DNA of 64,000 bases from an uncultured Bifidobacterium sp. Lineage in GTDB: Bacteria; Bacteroidota; Bacteroidia; UKL13-3. Shown here piece by piece: positions 54,401 to 64,000 of the stretch. Positions within the stretch are counted from its first letter, which is position 1; the number at the start of each line of letters is the position of its first letter. The position numbers and the translations under genes are program-made. Location of the stretch: positions 268,665 to 332,664 of the forward strand of contig CAZGVO010000002.1 of the NCBI GenBank assembly GCA_964529175.1, read 5' to 3'. Below the pieces are notes generated by a model, which did no database searches, was not told where the DNA came from, and worked only from the letters and a program-made list of their open reading frames with translations.

Positions 54401-55042
54401 ATGAAGAAAATACATATATTTATTTTTGCATTTATTGCAATTTTTACTCAAAAAGGTTTTAGTCAAAGTGGAATTGATTTTTCATTAGTTCCAGTAGATT
54501 ATGTACAAAGAGTTGATTTAGGTGGTGACAATAGAGCTCAACTATACTCTGGTGCGCATTATGGAATCAAACTTGGTTATTTTAAGTGGGAAACCCCATC
54601 TATTATGACTTTTATTTCATTACAATTAACTAATTTTAGTAAAGATTTTTATACCCAAAACTATGATGATGGCAAGTTTAATAATTTTACACAAAGTGCA
54701 ACATCTTATTTAATTAAGATAGGTACTATGAATGTTTTTAATGAAATTGATTATAAGTCTCATATTTATTTAAAACAAGCTTTTCTTATTGCAATGAGAA
54801 GTGACAAGGTTAATCAAACAAATACTAACGCATTAACTAACAATGCAGGTGTTAGTTTGAGGTATGATGATAACAAAGAAGATCCAGTGGGTTTTAGTTT
54901 AGGTTATGAAGCAGGAATGGGTTACCAATATAATGTAAATAAGAAATTAGGAGTTTATGCTGATGCAACCTTAGGTGTTCGCAGTTTTGAAGTAATGTTT
55001 TTTTTAAATACTAATTTAGGTGTTAGGTACCGATTAAGATAA
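54401..55042 (+). CDS. small outer-membrane beta-barrel-like protein, module copy 1 gene C
   Basis: 213 aa with a signal peptide. Alternating hydrophobic beta-strand pattern and C-terminal GVRYRLR. Paralog of 59654-60241. Confidence 0.55.
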   Translation: MKKIHIFIFAFIAIFTQKGFSQSGIDFSLVPVDYVQRVDLGGDNRAQLYSGAHYGIKLGYFKWETPSIMTFISLQLTNFSKDFYTQNYDDGKFNNFTQSATSYLIKIGTMNVFNEIDYKSHIYLKQAFLIAMRSDKVNQTNTNALTNNAGVSLRYDDNKEDPVGFSLGYEAGMGYQYNVNKKLGVYADATLGVRSFEVMFFLNTNLGVRYRLR

Positions 55043-55058
55043 AATATAGTAAAATAAG

Positions 55059-55098
55059 AAAAAACAGTTTGGTTAAGCATTACCAAACTGTTTTTTTA
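55059..55098 (+). terminator. rho-independent terminator separating the two module copies
   Basis: aaacagtttggt / accaaactgttt stem followed by TTTTTT. Confidence 0.7.
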
Positions 55099-55195
55099 TG
55101 CTTTTTACTTTTATGATATTCAAAAGTTCTTCCTATTATTTAATTAAAAGTAAAAATAGGAGACTAAATTTTAGTTAATTCGTACAAAAAATCAA

Positions 55196-57478
55196 TTGAT
55201 GAAAAAAAATTATTTTCTATCCATTTTGTTTTTATTTTTTATAACCAGTTGTGTTAGAAGAAGTTATACTCTAGTGCCTCATGGTCAGTTAATTAATAAA
55301 TACAGTAGCTCTATTGGTATTGTGAGCCCAAATGATGTAGAAGAGGGTATTAAACTTAAAAGCATTTACCCAGAAAATACTGATTATGTAGCCGATTTTA
55401 ATGTTAGTGTTTTTAAATTTGGCTATTTTGCTGATAATGCAAAAAATGGTAACCCTATTTATGTAAATGAAGATTGTTTTGAAAAGTACATAGCAACTGA
55501 TGATTTTGTTAAGTTTAGGAAACTAGAGTTTTTTAATGATCAAGTTGGTTTAAATGCATTTAACGTAAAGCTTGGAACTAATGAAAATGTAAAAATGAAA
55601 AAATCAGACTACTTCGTTACAAATTTTCAAAGTGGGGGCATTTTTTATTCTGATGTAAAACAAGCCTATTATCTGACTGATTTGGGCGTGGTTGGAACAA
55701 ATTTACGAATTAATTATACCAAGATTTATAAAGACGCTAAGTATTTAACCAGTGTTTATTTTTTAGATGAGTTTCCTCAAAAAGAAAGAGTAATCTCGTT
55801 TGAGGTTCCTTCGTATTTAAATATTGAAATTATTGAAAAAAACTTTGAAGGATATTCAATTGAAAAAAATAATCAAAAATATATTGTGGAAGATGAACAA
55901 TTTAAGCAATATGTAAGTAAAGAAAAAGCAGCTGATAAAACCAGATTTATTACCTATACTATCAGGAATACAAAAGCTTTAAAGCCCGAAGATAATCAGC
56001 CAGGTTACTCTTACAATGTACCTAATTTGGTAATTTTGGTAAAATCATTTGATGAAAATATCGCAAAAAATTACAACAAGACTCCTCCAAAAGAAGATAA
56101 AATTATATTGGATGAAAGAGCTAAAGCCGAAAAAGCAGCCAAAACTTTGCGAGACGCAAAAAATGCAAAGCTAGCACAAGAAGTTAGTGACCAAAAAGCA
56201 AAAGCGGCCAAAGAAAAAAAGGCTACTCCTACTAAAAATCAACCAATAAAAAGTAACAAATTAGCGGATAAAAAAGATTCAAAAAAGCCTGAAGTAAAAC
56301 ATCCAGTTGCTTTAATCGGAAACTTAAACGATTTGTATGCGCATTATTCTCAAATAGTAAGTAAAGTTGATAATGACAGTACTGTATTTTTAGAAAAACT
56401 AAAAAGTATTGTAGCAACTAAAAAAACGGATATTGATATTATTGAAGCAGTATTTTATTGGGTTCAAGATAATATTCGTTATGTAGCTTTTGAAGATGGA
56501 ATTGCTGCCTTTAAACCCGAAAATTGCCAGAATGTATATACTCAAAGATATGGCGATTGTAAGGGTATGGCTAATTTGCTCAAATGCATGCTTACTAGCT
56601 TGGGTTACGATGCAAGGTTAACCTGGATTGGAACCAAACATTTAAATTATAATTACGCTATACCAAGTATAATGGTAGATAATCATATGATTTGTACTGT
56701 ATTGTTAAACGGTAAAAAATATTATTTAGATGCTACAGAAAGTTTTATAGGGATTGACGATTATGCCGATAGAATACAAGGCAGACAAGCCATGGTGCAA
56801 GACGGGGCTAAATATTTTATTGATACCATACCAAATTTTTCGGCCGATAGAAATTTGTATTTGCGCAAAGGTGTTTTTTCGTTGAACGATAATATTTTTG
56901 ATGGCTCCGTAAATGAAGTTATTAAGGGCGAGAACAAAACCAATATTTTGCGAGCTTACGCCAATACACGTTTAGATAAAAGAAATACTGTTGTTCAAGA
57001 TTTTTTAGATCCTGATGATGTAGATATTGATGTGAGCAATATTTCAACATCCGATTTATCGGTAAGAAAAGGAAATGTACTGTTGTCGTACGATTTAGTA
57101 GTTAACAACCATTTGATTACTGTAGATGATATGATGATGTTGAAACCTGACTATAAGCGCGAGTTTTATAATGCAAAAGCCGATAGTGGCCGCTATTTTG
57201 ACTTACAGTTTGACCATAAACTCAATTATGTAAACGAGTATAAATTTGAAGTTCCCGAAGGATACAATGTAATGTATTTTCCCGAAAATTTGATTATTAA
57301 TAATAAGGAGTTTTTAATAGAACTAACTTACGAATTGAGAGGGAATTATATAGTTTATAAAAAGAGTATTTTGTTGAAAAATGGCCGTATTACTAAAGCT
57401 AATTTTAAGCAATGGAATAATGCCATTGATAAGCTAAGAAATAACTACAATCAATACATTAAATTAAAAAGAAAATAA
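55196..57478 (+). CDS. lipoprotein with transglutaminase-like core, module copy 2 gene A
   Basis: 760 aa with lipobox FFITSCV. RYGDCKGMANLLKCM TGase motif. Longer K/A/E linker. Collinear with 50070-52208. Confidence 0.75.
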   Translation: MMKKNYFLSILFLFFITSCVRRSYTLVPHGQLINKYSSSIGIVSPNDVEEGIKLKSIYPENTDYVADFNVSVFKFGYFADNAKNGNPIYVNEDCFEKYIATDDFVKFRKLEFFNDQVGLNAFNVKLGTNENVKMKKSDYFVTNFQSGGIFYSDVKQAYYLTDLGVVGTNLRINYTKIYKDAKYLTSVYFLDEFPQKERVISFEVPSYLNIEIIEKNFEGYSIEKNNQKYIVEDEQFKQYVSKEKAADKTRFITYTIRNTKALKPEDNQPGYSYNVPNLVILVKSFDENIAKNYNKTPPKEDKIILDERAKAEKAAKTLRDAKNAKLAQEVSDQKAKAAKEKKATPTKNQPIKSNKLADKKDSKKPEVKHPVALIGNLNDLYAHYSQIVSKVDNDSTVFLEKLKSIVATKKTDIDIIEAVFYWVQDNIRYVAFEDGIAAFKPENCQNVYTQRYGDCKGMANLLKCMLTSLGYDARLTWIGTKHLNYNYAIPSIMVDNHMICTVLLNGKKYYLDATESFIGIDDYADRIQGRQAMVQDGAKYFIDTIPNFSADRNLYLRKGVFSLNDNIFDGSVNEVIKGENKTNILRAYANTRLDKRNTVVQDFLDPDDVDIDVSNISTSDLSVRKGNVLLSYDLVVNNHLITVDDMMMLKPDYKREFYNAKADSGRYFDLQFDHKLNYVNEYKFEVPEGYNVMYFPENLIINNKEFLIELTYELRGNYIVYKKSILLKNGRITKANFKQWNNAIDKLRNNYNQYIKLKRK

Positions 57479-57481
57479 GGC

Positions 57482-59647
57482 ATGAAAAATCGATATAATC
57501 AATTATTAAAACGTGGTTTTCTTTTATTTTTTGTGCTATTGCATGGTTTATTTGTGTTTTCACAAAGTGCTAAAAATAAGAATAAACTTAAGAAAAGTGA
57601 GTTTGATAAATTACATAAACTTCAAAAAGAAGATACCGAATCAGAGTTTAGTAACAATAAAATTCCTGAGCAATATAAGTTCGAGTCAATGGTAGTTTTG
57701 GCTGAAAAAACTAAAATTTTTGAAGATAAATTTACCTTTTACAATTATCATAGAATTAGAATAAAACTGAACGATTTAAGCGCTTTAGAAAATTACAGTG
57801 AGTATAAATTTTACGAAAATGATATTCTTGAAATAAAAATTATAAAGCAAAATAAAACTACCATTACGCTTGATTTAGCTGAAGCTGTAGATGCTGAAAA
57901 TGTTAAAACAAGTAATATTAAGTTTAATAAACTAATTGATTATGAGTCAAAACTGAAAAAAATAGCTATCGGTGGCTTAGAAATTGGTGATATAATTGAT
58001 ATTTCAAGCAGGAGTGTATTGGGTAATTTCTCGTATAGAAATAATTATTTTGTTCAACTTGCTGGTATGCCAATAGTATATTTAAAAAATGAATTTATAG
58101 TAGGCAATTATTTTCAAGTAACCTATAAATCGTTTAATGGTGCTAAGGAAATTACAAAAGAGAATAATGGAAATAAAATAGAGTTAACCTATGAACAAAA
58201 GATGATTGATAAGCGTTTGAACGAATTATTAGATCAAAGTTTATTAACCGACCCTTACTATTTTATTGAAATAAGAAAACTTTCAAAAAGACAATACAAA
58301 AAATTCAAAATCAGTAAAGAGGAAATAGCCAATAAAATAACGCCAGAAGAAATTAAGAGAAGAATGGTGGAGTTGTTTAAGCCTTATGAACCAACAGATT
58401 ATTATTACGAATTTTATAAATCGGAAGATATTTATAAATTAAGTGATGAAGACTTTGTAAAACACTATTTTTATTTTTGTAGAGATATATACTTTTTGCC
58501 AGAATTAGCCTTTAATGTTAATGTTCAATCATTTGATTATCAGGTTATAAAAAAGTTTATCACACACTTAAAGAAGAGAAATATTCCGTTCGAGGTTTTA
58601 TTGTTAAGCTCCAAGTATGATAAAAAAGATATAAATGAAGTTGTAAATTTTGATGATTTTAAATTTGGACTTAGGTATAAAATTAACAATCAATATCATT
58701 ACATCACAACATTTTATGTTAATAGCGAAATTGATGAAATAGGGGAGCACTTTGAAGGAACTGTGGCTTTTGTATTTAATAAAGTTAGAAAAAAGCGTAA
58801 AATTAATTATTACTTAGACTCTATTCCAACATTAGATGCTAGTAAAAATATTTATGCTATTGAAATTGAAGCAAAATTCAACAAAAATTTAGATTCTTTA
58901 AATGTATTGATGAATTCAACAGTAACGGGTATCGAAAAAAATAAATTCAACTATAATTTGATTAATAGCGAAGCTTACTTTAATAAATTTATTGAATCGT
59001 GGACTAACAATAAGTTTTATAAATATACTTACTTTTTGGCCAATAATATTTATTTAGATGCTAATAAAGAATTTTTCAACTCTGAAGAAGAGAGACTTAA
59101 AAAAAATGTATTTACCAAATTAGAAAAGCAAAAATTAGAAAACATAAAAAATAATACTAACTCAGAGTACGATGTACTAAAATACCATTATTTTAAATCA
59201 ATAAATGATGGGCGAAATTTGGATACTTCCCAACTATTATGGCAGGAGTATTTTACAGTTGGTAATACCTTGCAAAAAGCTGGAGCAGCAAGTTATATTT
59301 TTGAAATAGGTAGCTTATTAGGCAAGTTATCGGTGGTAAGTAATAATGAAAATAGAAATGTTAAAACCAAGCCTTTTTTTATTAACTATAGCCGAAACTT
59401 AAGTATGAAAATAGTTGTAAAAATTCCTAATGGTAAAAAAGTACAAGGTTTAGAAAATCTAAATGTTAATTTTAAAAATAAAATTGGCGCTATTACCTCA
59501 AAAGCTAATATTGAAAATGGAAATTTAGTTTGGACATTTACCAAAACTCAAAATGCTTTCAAATACAATAAAACCGATTGGAATGAGTATTTAATACTAA
59601 CCGATTTGGCTTCACAATTAAATAACGCTAAACTTATTTTCAACTAA
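57482..59647 (+). CDS. DUF3857-like protein with degenerate TGase-like core, module copy 2 gene B
   Basis: 721 aa. Collinear with 52220-54394 (LHKLQKEDTE..., IKLNDL..., GMPIVYLKNEF..., YFYFCRDIYF...). Confidence 0.6.
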   Translation: MKNRYNQLLKRGFLLFFVLLHGLFVFSQSAKNKNKLKKSEFDKLHKLQKEDTESEFSNNKIPEQYKFESMVVLAEKTKIFEDKFTFYNYHRIRIKLNDLSALENYSEYKFYENDILEIKIIKQNKTTITLDLAEAVDAENVKTSNIKFNKLIDYESKLKKIAIGGLEIGDIIDISSRSVLGNFSYRNNYFVQLAGMPIVYLKNEFIVGNYFQVTYKSFNGAKEITKENNGNKIELTYEQKMIDKRLNELLDQSLLTDPYYFIEIRKLSKRQYKKFKISKEEIANKITPEEIKRRMVELFKPYEPTDYYYEFYKSEDIYKLSDEDFVKHYFYFCRDIYFLPELAFNVNVQSFDYQVIKKFITHLKKRNIPFEVLLLSSKYDKKDINEVVNFDDFKFGLRYKINNQYHYITTFYVNSEIDEIGEHFEGTVAFVFNKVRKKRKINYYLDSIPTLDASKNIYAIEIEAKFNKNLDSLNVLMNSTVTGIEKNKFNYNLINSEAYFNKFIESWTNNKFYKYTYFLANNIYLDANKEFFNSEEERLKKNVFTKLEKQKLENIKNNTNSEYDVLKYHYFKSINDGRNLDTSQLLWQEYFTVGNTLQKAGAASYIFEIGSLLGKLSVVSNNENRNVKTKPFFINYSRNLSMKIVVKIPNGKKVQGLENLNVNFKNKIGAITSKANIENGNLVWTFTKTQNAFKYNKTDWNEYLILTDLASQLNNAKLIFN

Positions 59648-59653
59648 TTCAAC

Positions 59654-60241
59654 ATGAAAAAACTTTTTTCTCTAATTTTTATATTTTTCTGTACCATGGC
59701 TATTAAAGCTCAGTCAGGTATTGATATTGCAGTTATCCCGGTGCATTTTTCACCTCAAATTATAGATAATTCTAACAACATAAATATGTACGGTTTAAAA
59801 ATTGGCTATTTTAAATGGATAAATGATGACCAAATTAGAAGTGTTTATTTACAAGCACATGGCAATAGTAAATCATTTTCCGATCAAGTTTATAATAGTA
59901 ACTTTGATCAATCTTCTTATAAATTTTGTGTAAATTATGATTTTACATGGATTCTCGGAGAGATGGATTTAAAATCGAATTTTTATTATAGAGAAAGAAT
60001 ATTTTTAGGGTATGTAGTTAATAATAAAAAATATACTGATACCCAATTATCTTCTTTAAATAAGAACACGAATTATTTTATGGGTGGATATGGTTATGGC
60101 TTTGGTTATGAATATAAAGTAAAGCCTTTTGTAGTAATTTATGTTGATTTGGGTGCCAACGGAGAGTTTAATTTTACTGATTTTTGGAAATTTAGTGATT
60201 TTGCTACAGCACAAGTTGGTTCCAGAATTAGGTTTAATTAA
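59654..60241 (+). CDS. small outer-membrane beta-barrel-like protein, module copy 2 gene C
   Basis: 195 aa with a signal peptide. Shares QSGIDxxxxPV and GxKxGYFKW motifs with 54401-55042. C-terminal RIRFN. Confidence 0.55.
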   Translation: MKKLFSLIFIFFCTMAIKAQSGIDIAVIPVHFSPQIIDNSNNINMYGLKIGYFKWINDDQIRSVYLQAHGNSKSFSDQVYNSNFDQSSYKFCVNYDFTWILGEMDLKSNFYYRERIFLGYVVNNKKYTDTQLSSLNKNTNYFMGGYGYGFGYEYKVKPFVVIYVDLGANGEFNFTDFWKFSDFATAQVGSRIRFN

Positions 60242-60911
60242 CCCCATTTTTCGCCTTTAAAAATGCTTCACCTACTAGTAAATCTTCGGGTGTAGTTATT
60301 TTTATGTTTTTATAATCTCCTGGTATTAAGTTTATTGTATATCCGTTTGATTCTAAAACACTTGCATCATCCGTAAAGTTAATATGGTCTTGCGCAGCAT
60401 AAGCCTCTTTAATTAATTGGGCTTTAAAAGTTTGTGGTGTTTGAATAAGGTAATAATTATCTCTGTTTACGTTTTTATTGCTCAGTAATTCTACTTTTCT
60501 TATCGAATCTTTTAAGCGAACAGCTGCTACTGCATTGCCTTTTTGTGCGGCAGTTTCAAAACTATTTAAAATAATTTCTTTATTAATAAATGGTCTTACT
60601 CCATCGTGTATGGCTACTAAATCATTTTCGTTGCAGTGCAGTAGACCATTTTGAACAGATTCGAAACGAGATGCTCCACCGGCTACTATTTGGTGCTGAA
60701 TGGTGAATTGATGTGTTTGGCATAATTGGTTCCAAAATTCTATTTGGCTTTGAGGTAAAACTAAAATAATATGGTTAACTCCACTATTATAAAATGCTTC
60801 AATGGTATGCATTAAAATAGGCTTTCCAGCTAACAATAAAAATTGTTTAGGTAAATTACTTTCCATACGCGTTCCGTTTCCACCTGCTACTATTAAAGCT
60901 GTTTTGTTCAT
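60234..60911 (-). CDS. ispD: 2-C-methyl-D-erythritol 4-phosphate cytidylyltransferase
   Basis: 225 aa. MNKTALIVAGGNGTRM N-terminus is typical of IspD. 8-nt convergent overlap with the upstream gene end. Confidence 0.9.
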   Translation of the reverse strand: MNKTALIVAGGNGTRMESNLPKQFLLLAGKPILMHTIEAFYNSGVNHIILVLPQSQIEFWNQLCQTHQFTIQHQIVAGGASRFESVQNGLLHCNENDLVAIHDGVRPFINKEIILNSFETAAQKGNAVAAVRLKDSIRKVELLSNKNVNRDNYYLIQTPQTFKAQLIKEAYAAQDHINFTDDASVLESNGYTINLIPGDYKNIKITTPEDLLVGEAFLKAKNGVN

Positions 60912-60960
60912 GTTTTTTGTGTTTTATTTTAGATATAAAAAGTCAAAATTTGGTTTATAA

Positions 60961-60998
60961 AAAAGACCAACAACTAATTGAATAGTGTTGGTCTTTTT
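60961..60998 (-). terminator. rho-independent terminator downstream of sucC
   Basis: aagaccaac / gttggtctt stem flanked by A-runs and T-runs. Confidence 0.65.
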
Positions 60999-61038
60999 AT
61001 GTTTTTTACAAGCATTGCTGCTAGTAGTTTATTAATTA

Positions 61039-62259
61039 TTAAATAGTTCCGCTTACCGCTTTTTGAACTAAATCAGCAGCTTCTTTTAATACAATTGCTG
61101 AGTAAACTTTCAATCCACTTTCGTCAATTAATTTTTTAGCTGCTTCAGCATTTGTTCCTTGTAAACGAACAATAATTGGAACAGGAATATTACCAATTGA
61201 TTTGTAAGCATCCACAACACCTTGTGCTACTCTATCGCAACGAACTATACCACCAAAAATATTAATTAAGATAGCTTTTACATTTGGATCTTTCAAAATA
61301 ATACGGAAACCAGCTTCTACTGTAGTAGCATTGGCACTTCCTCCTACGTCTAAGAAATTAGCAGGATCTCCACCCGATAATTTAATAATATCCATAGTAG
61401 CCATAGCTAAACCAGCACCGTTAACCATACAACCTACATTTCCATCTAATTTAACATAGTTTAAGTTAAATTCTTTAGCTTCTACTTCAGTTGGATCTTC
61501 TTCTGCAGTATCGCGCATTGCTGCGTAATCGGCATGACGGTATAATGCATTATCATCTATATCTACCTTGCCATCAACTGCTATAATTTTATCATCGCTA
61601 GTTTTTAAAACTGGATTGATTTCAAACATAGCTGCATCTGAATTAGTGTATGCTTTGTATAAAGCAGTAACAAATTTTACCATTTGTTTAAAAGCTTCAC
61701 CTTCGCAACCTAAATTAAAAGCAATTTTACGTGCTTGGAAACCTTGTAAACCTACTTTAGGGTCAATTGTTTCTTTATGAATTAAGTGTGGCGTGTGTTC
61801 AGCTACATGCTCAATATCCATACCACCTTCGGTACTGTAAACTATAATGTTTTTGCTTTGACCTCTGTCTAACATTACACTCATGTAATATTCTTTAGGT
61901 TCGCTTGAGCCAGGATAATATACATCTTGTGCTACTAATACTTTGCTTACTAATTTACCTTTTGGTCCGGTTTGAATAGTAACTAAAGTACCACCTAATA
62001 AGTTGCCTGCTATTTCTTTAGCTTTATCAGCATTTTTAGCTACAGCAACACCGCGTTGTTCTTTTCCAATAATACTACCTTTTCCACGTCCGCCAGCATG
62101 AATTTGTGCTTTCACTACCACAAAATCGCTTCCGTATTGTTCTTTTAACTTTAATGCAGCTGTGTGTGCTTCATCTGCTGTTTCAGCAACTATGCCTTCT
62201 TGCACAGCAACTCCAAACGATTTTAAAATTTGTTTGGCTTGGTATTCGTGTATATTCAT
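61039..62259 (-). CDS. sucC: ADP-forming succinate--CoA ligase beta subunit
   Basis: 406 aa. MNIHEYQAKQILKSFGV start, ATP-grasp and CoA-ligase regions. Confidence 0.95.
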   Translation of the reverse strand: MNIHEYQAKQILKSFGVAVQEGIVAETADEAHTAALKLKEQYGSDFVVVKAQIHAGGRGKGSIIGKEQRGVAVAKNADKAKEIAGNLLGGTLVTIQTGPKGKLVSKVLVAQDVYYPGSSEPKEYYMSVMLDRGQSKNIIVYSTEGGMDIEHVAEHTPHLIHKETIDPKVGLQGFQARKIAFNLGCEGEAFKQMVKFVTALYKAYTNSDAAMFEINPVLKTSDDKIIAVDGKVDIDDNALYRHADYAAMRDTAEEDPTEVEAKEFNLNYVKLDGNVGCMVNGAGLAMATMDIIKLSGGDPANFLDVGGSANATTVEAGFRIILKDPNVKAILINIFGGIVRCDRVAQGVVDAYKSIGNIPVPIIVRLQGTNAEAAKKLIDESGLKVYSAIVLKEAADLVQKAVSGTI

Positions 62260-62428
62260 TTTGTTTTAAATGATGATTATTTTTATGGGTACGAAAATAG
62301 TAGATATACTCAATTACACAACCAAAATATTTAGCATATTAGGTGTTAAATATTAGTTTTTTTAGTGGGGCAATAAAAAAAGCCATCCGAGATTTCGAAT
62401 GGCTTTTTAGTATAATTAATTATTATAT

Positions 62429-64000
62429 TTAGCGTATAGCACCTTGGAATAATGGATTGCTGAATAATTTAGCAAATTCCATATCGCTTTTAGCTAAGTT
62501 ACGTACTTCGCTGTTAGCGCCAATTGCTTTAATTAAGTTTGCAGCTACATCATCAGCATTACCTGAGCGAGCAGCAGCTACAGCTCTTAAGTAGTAGTGG
62601 TTCCATTTTAACTCATCAGGGTTTAAGCCATCAATAATTGCTTTACAACCAGCAGCATTTCCGTTTAATAATTGAGCTAATGCAGTGTTAAAATCTTTGA
62701 TTCCACTTTTGTTAAATGATGATACAGCTTCGCTATAGTTACCGTTTTTAACAGCTAATAAACCTAAATTGTAGCTTACATCAGCCCCTTTAGTTCCAGC
62801 CATATTGTAATATTTAATAGCTTCTTGGTAGTTGCCTATTAATTTGTAAACTACACCATAATTAGCTAGTACAGTTGCGTTTTCTGGGCTTAAAGCTAAA
62901 GCTTTATCTAAATTTTGTTTTGCTGCATCAAAGTTTTTATCTTTAATGTTTGCAATTGCTAAGTCATTAAAACTTCTCCAATCGTTAGCAAATTTAGTAT
63001 TGTATGCATTTAAAACTTCTTGTTTTTTAGCATTGTCAGTAGTAATAACTGCTAAGTGGAATAATTCTTTAGCTGTTAAAGTATCGTATTTACCGTAGTA
63101 AGTTAATAACTCAGCATCAGTTTTCATTGGGTTAGCACCTTTTATTACTAATTCAGCTCTACGTAATGTAGGTAAAATATTAGCTTTAGCATTTTCCCAA
63201 ACTTTAGGGTAGCTGCGTTTAATTAATCCCTCTCTCTCCTCATCGCTAATGCTTTTGTTTCTAATAATTTCTAAAACAGCATTTTTATCTTTTAATTCGC
63301 TAGCAACTACAGCTTTTTCAAAACCCATCCAGTCTTCAGCGCTGCTGTAACCACGTGTAAAATTTTCATCGTTAACTTCAGAAAAGCCTAATTTTTTCAA
63401 TTCTTTTTTGAAGAAAGTAAAAGTTGATTCTTCTCTACCTTTTGATAAATTAGTATTTCTATCTAATTCTCCATCAGGCGAAGCATAAGCGTTAATTGCA
63501 ATACCACGAGCTACAAAGTTTTTGTCAGCTTTTAATAATTTGCGTAATTCAGCTATTTGGTTTTTGTTACTTAAATTTTTTCCAGCTTTAAAGTTAGGGT
63601 TAAATTTATCAACATCTAAAGGGAAATAAATATTAACCGATTTGTTAACCAATTCTACTTTATAATCATCGCTTGAGAAGATAGTTTGATCAGAATTGTT
63701 TAATAATAAAGGAGTTACAATAGTACCTTCAGCTAAAGCACCAATTCCAACAGGAACTTCAATATTTAATGCTGTATATTTAGGCATTAACGAAGCACGT
63801 TTCATACTTGGAACGTATGCTATTTTATCAGTATATGAAACTTTACCACCAATTTTAGTATCTACTGTTTCGTCAGCAGCACCTTTGGCTTTAGTTCCTT
63901 TAATGGTTTTGCTTTTTAAGTTTATAATTGTTCCATCTTCACATTTTAAATAAGGTGAAAAAGTAACTACAGCTTTAGGATTGATTGATTTTGCAGGAAC
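62429..64000 (-). CDS. TPR-repeat protein, partial (N-terminus beyond window end)
   Basis: The ORF track starts at the Met at 63805. The reading frame stays open upstream through 64000 in my translation, so the gene extends beyond the window. The C-terminal half has TPR-like repeats. Confidence 0.5.
   Translation of the reverse strand, partial: VPAKSINPKAVVTFSPYLKCEDGTIINLKSKTIKGTKAKGAADETVDTKIGGKVSYTDKIAYVPSMKRASLMPKYTALNIEVPVGIGALAEGTIVTPLLLNNSDQTIFSSDDYKVELVNKSVNIYFPLDVDKFNPNFKAGKNLSNKNQIAELRKLLKADKNFVARGIAINAYASPDGELDRNTNLSKGREESTFTFFKKELKKLGFSEVNDENFTRGYSSAEDWMGFEKAVVASELKDKNAVLEIIRNKSISDEEREGLIKRSYPKVWENAKANILPTLRRAELVIKGANPMKTDAELLTYYGKYDTLTAKELFHLAVITTDNAKKQEVLNAYNTKFANDWRSFNDLAIANIKDKNFDAAKQNLDKALALSPENATVLANYGVVYKLIGNYQEAIKYYNMAGTKGADVSYNLGLLAVKNGNYSEAVSSFNKSGIKDFNTALAQLLNGNAAGCKAIIDGLNPDELKWNHYYLRAVAAARSGNADDVAANLIKAIGANSEVRNLAKSDMEFAKLFSNPLFQGAIR

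Overview
This window looks like a low-GC Bacteroidota chromosome segment, probably from a Flavobacteriia-type organism; several proteins carry T9SS C-terminal sorting domains and the gene set is typical of Bacteroidetes housekeeping. No tRNA, rRNA or CRISPR array was found. Mostly ordinary core genes: ECF sigma with an overlapping anti-sigma fragment, groES-groEL, gpmI, a Rel/SpoT homologue, tatC, rpiB, divergent katG-oxyR, htrA, dapF, long-form ispG, yebC, ispD and sucC. An N-glycan core catabolism operon runs from 24330 to 30139: GH20 hexosaminidase, glycosylasparaginase, cutC and GH2 beta-mannosidase. Three things stand out. (1) A 4.5 kb insertion at 30141-34685 is bounded by 24-bp perfect (about 34-bp imperfect) terminal inverted repeats. 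It carries an IS1595-family transposase plus cargo genes: an XRE regulator followed by two small unknown ORFs, a DUF2158-like mini-protein and a signal-peptide gene broken by an in-frame TGA. (2) A three-gene surface module is tandemly duplicated at 50070-55042 and 55196-60241, with the copies clearly diverged and separated by a terminator. Each copy encodes a lipoprotein with a transglutaminase-like Cys core, a second large protein with a degenerate TGase-like core, and a small outer-membrane beta-barrel-like protein. This is the best candidate for an uncharacterised system. (3) An approximately 1.1 kb GC-elevated patch at 15691-16800 holds a zinc-ribbon ORF and a structured non-coding tail.
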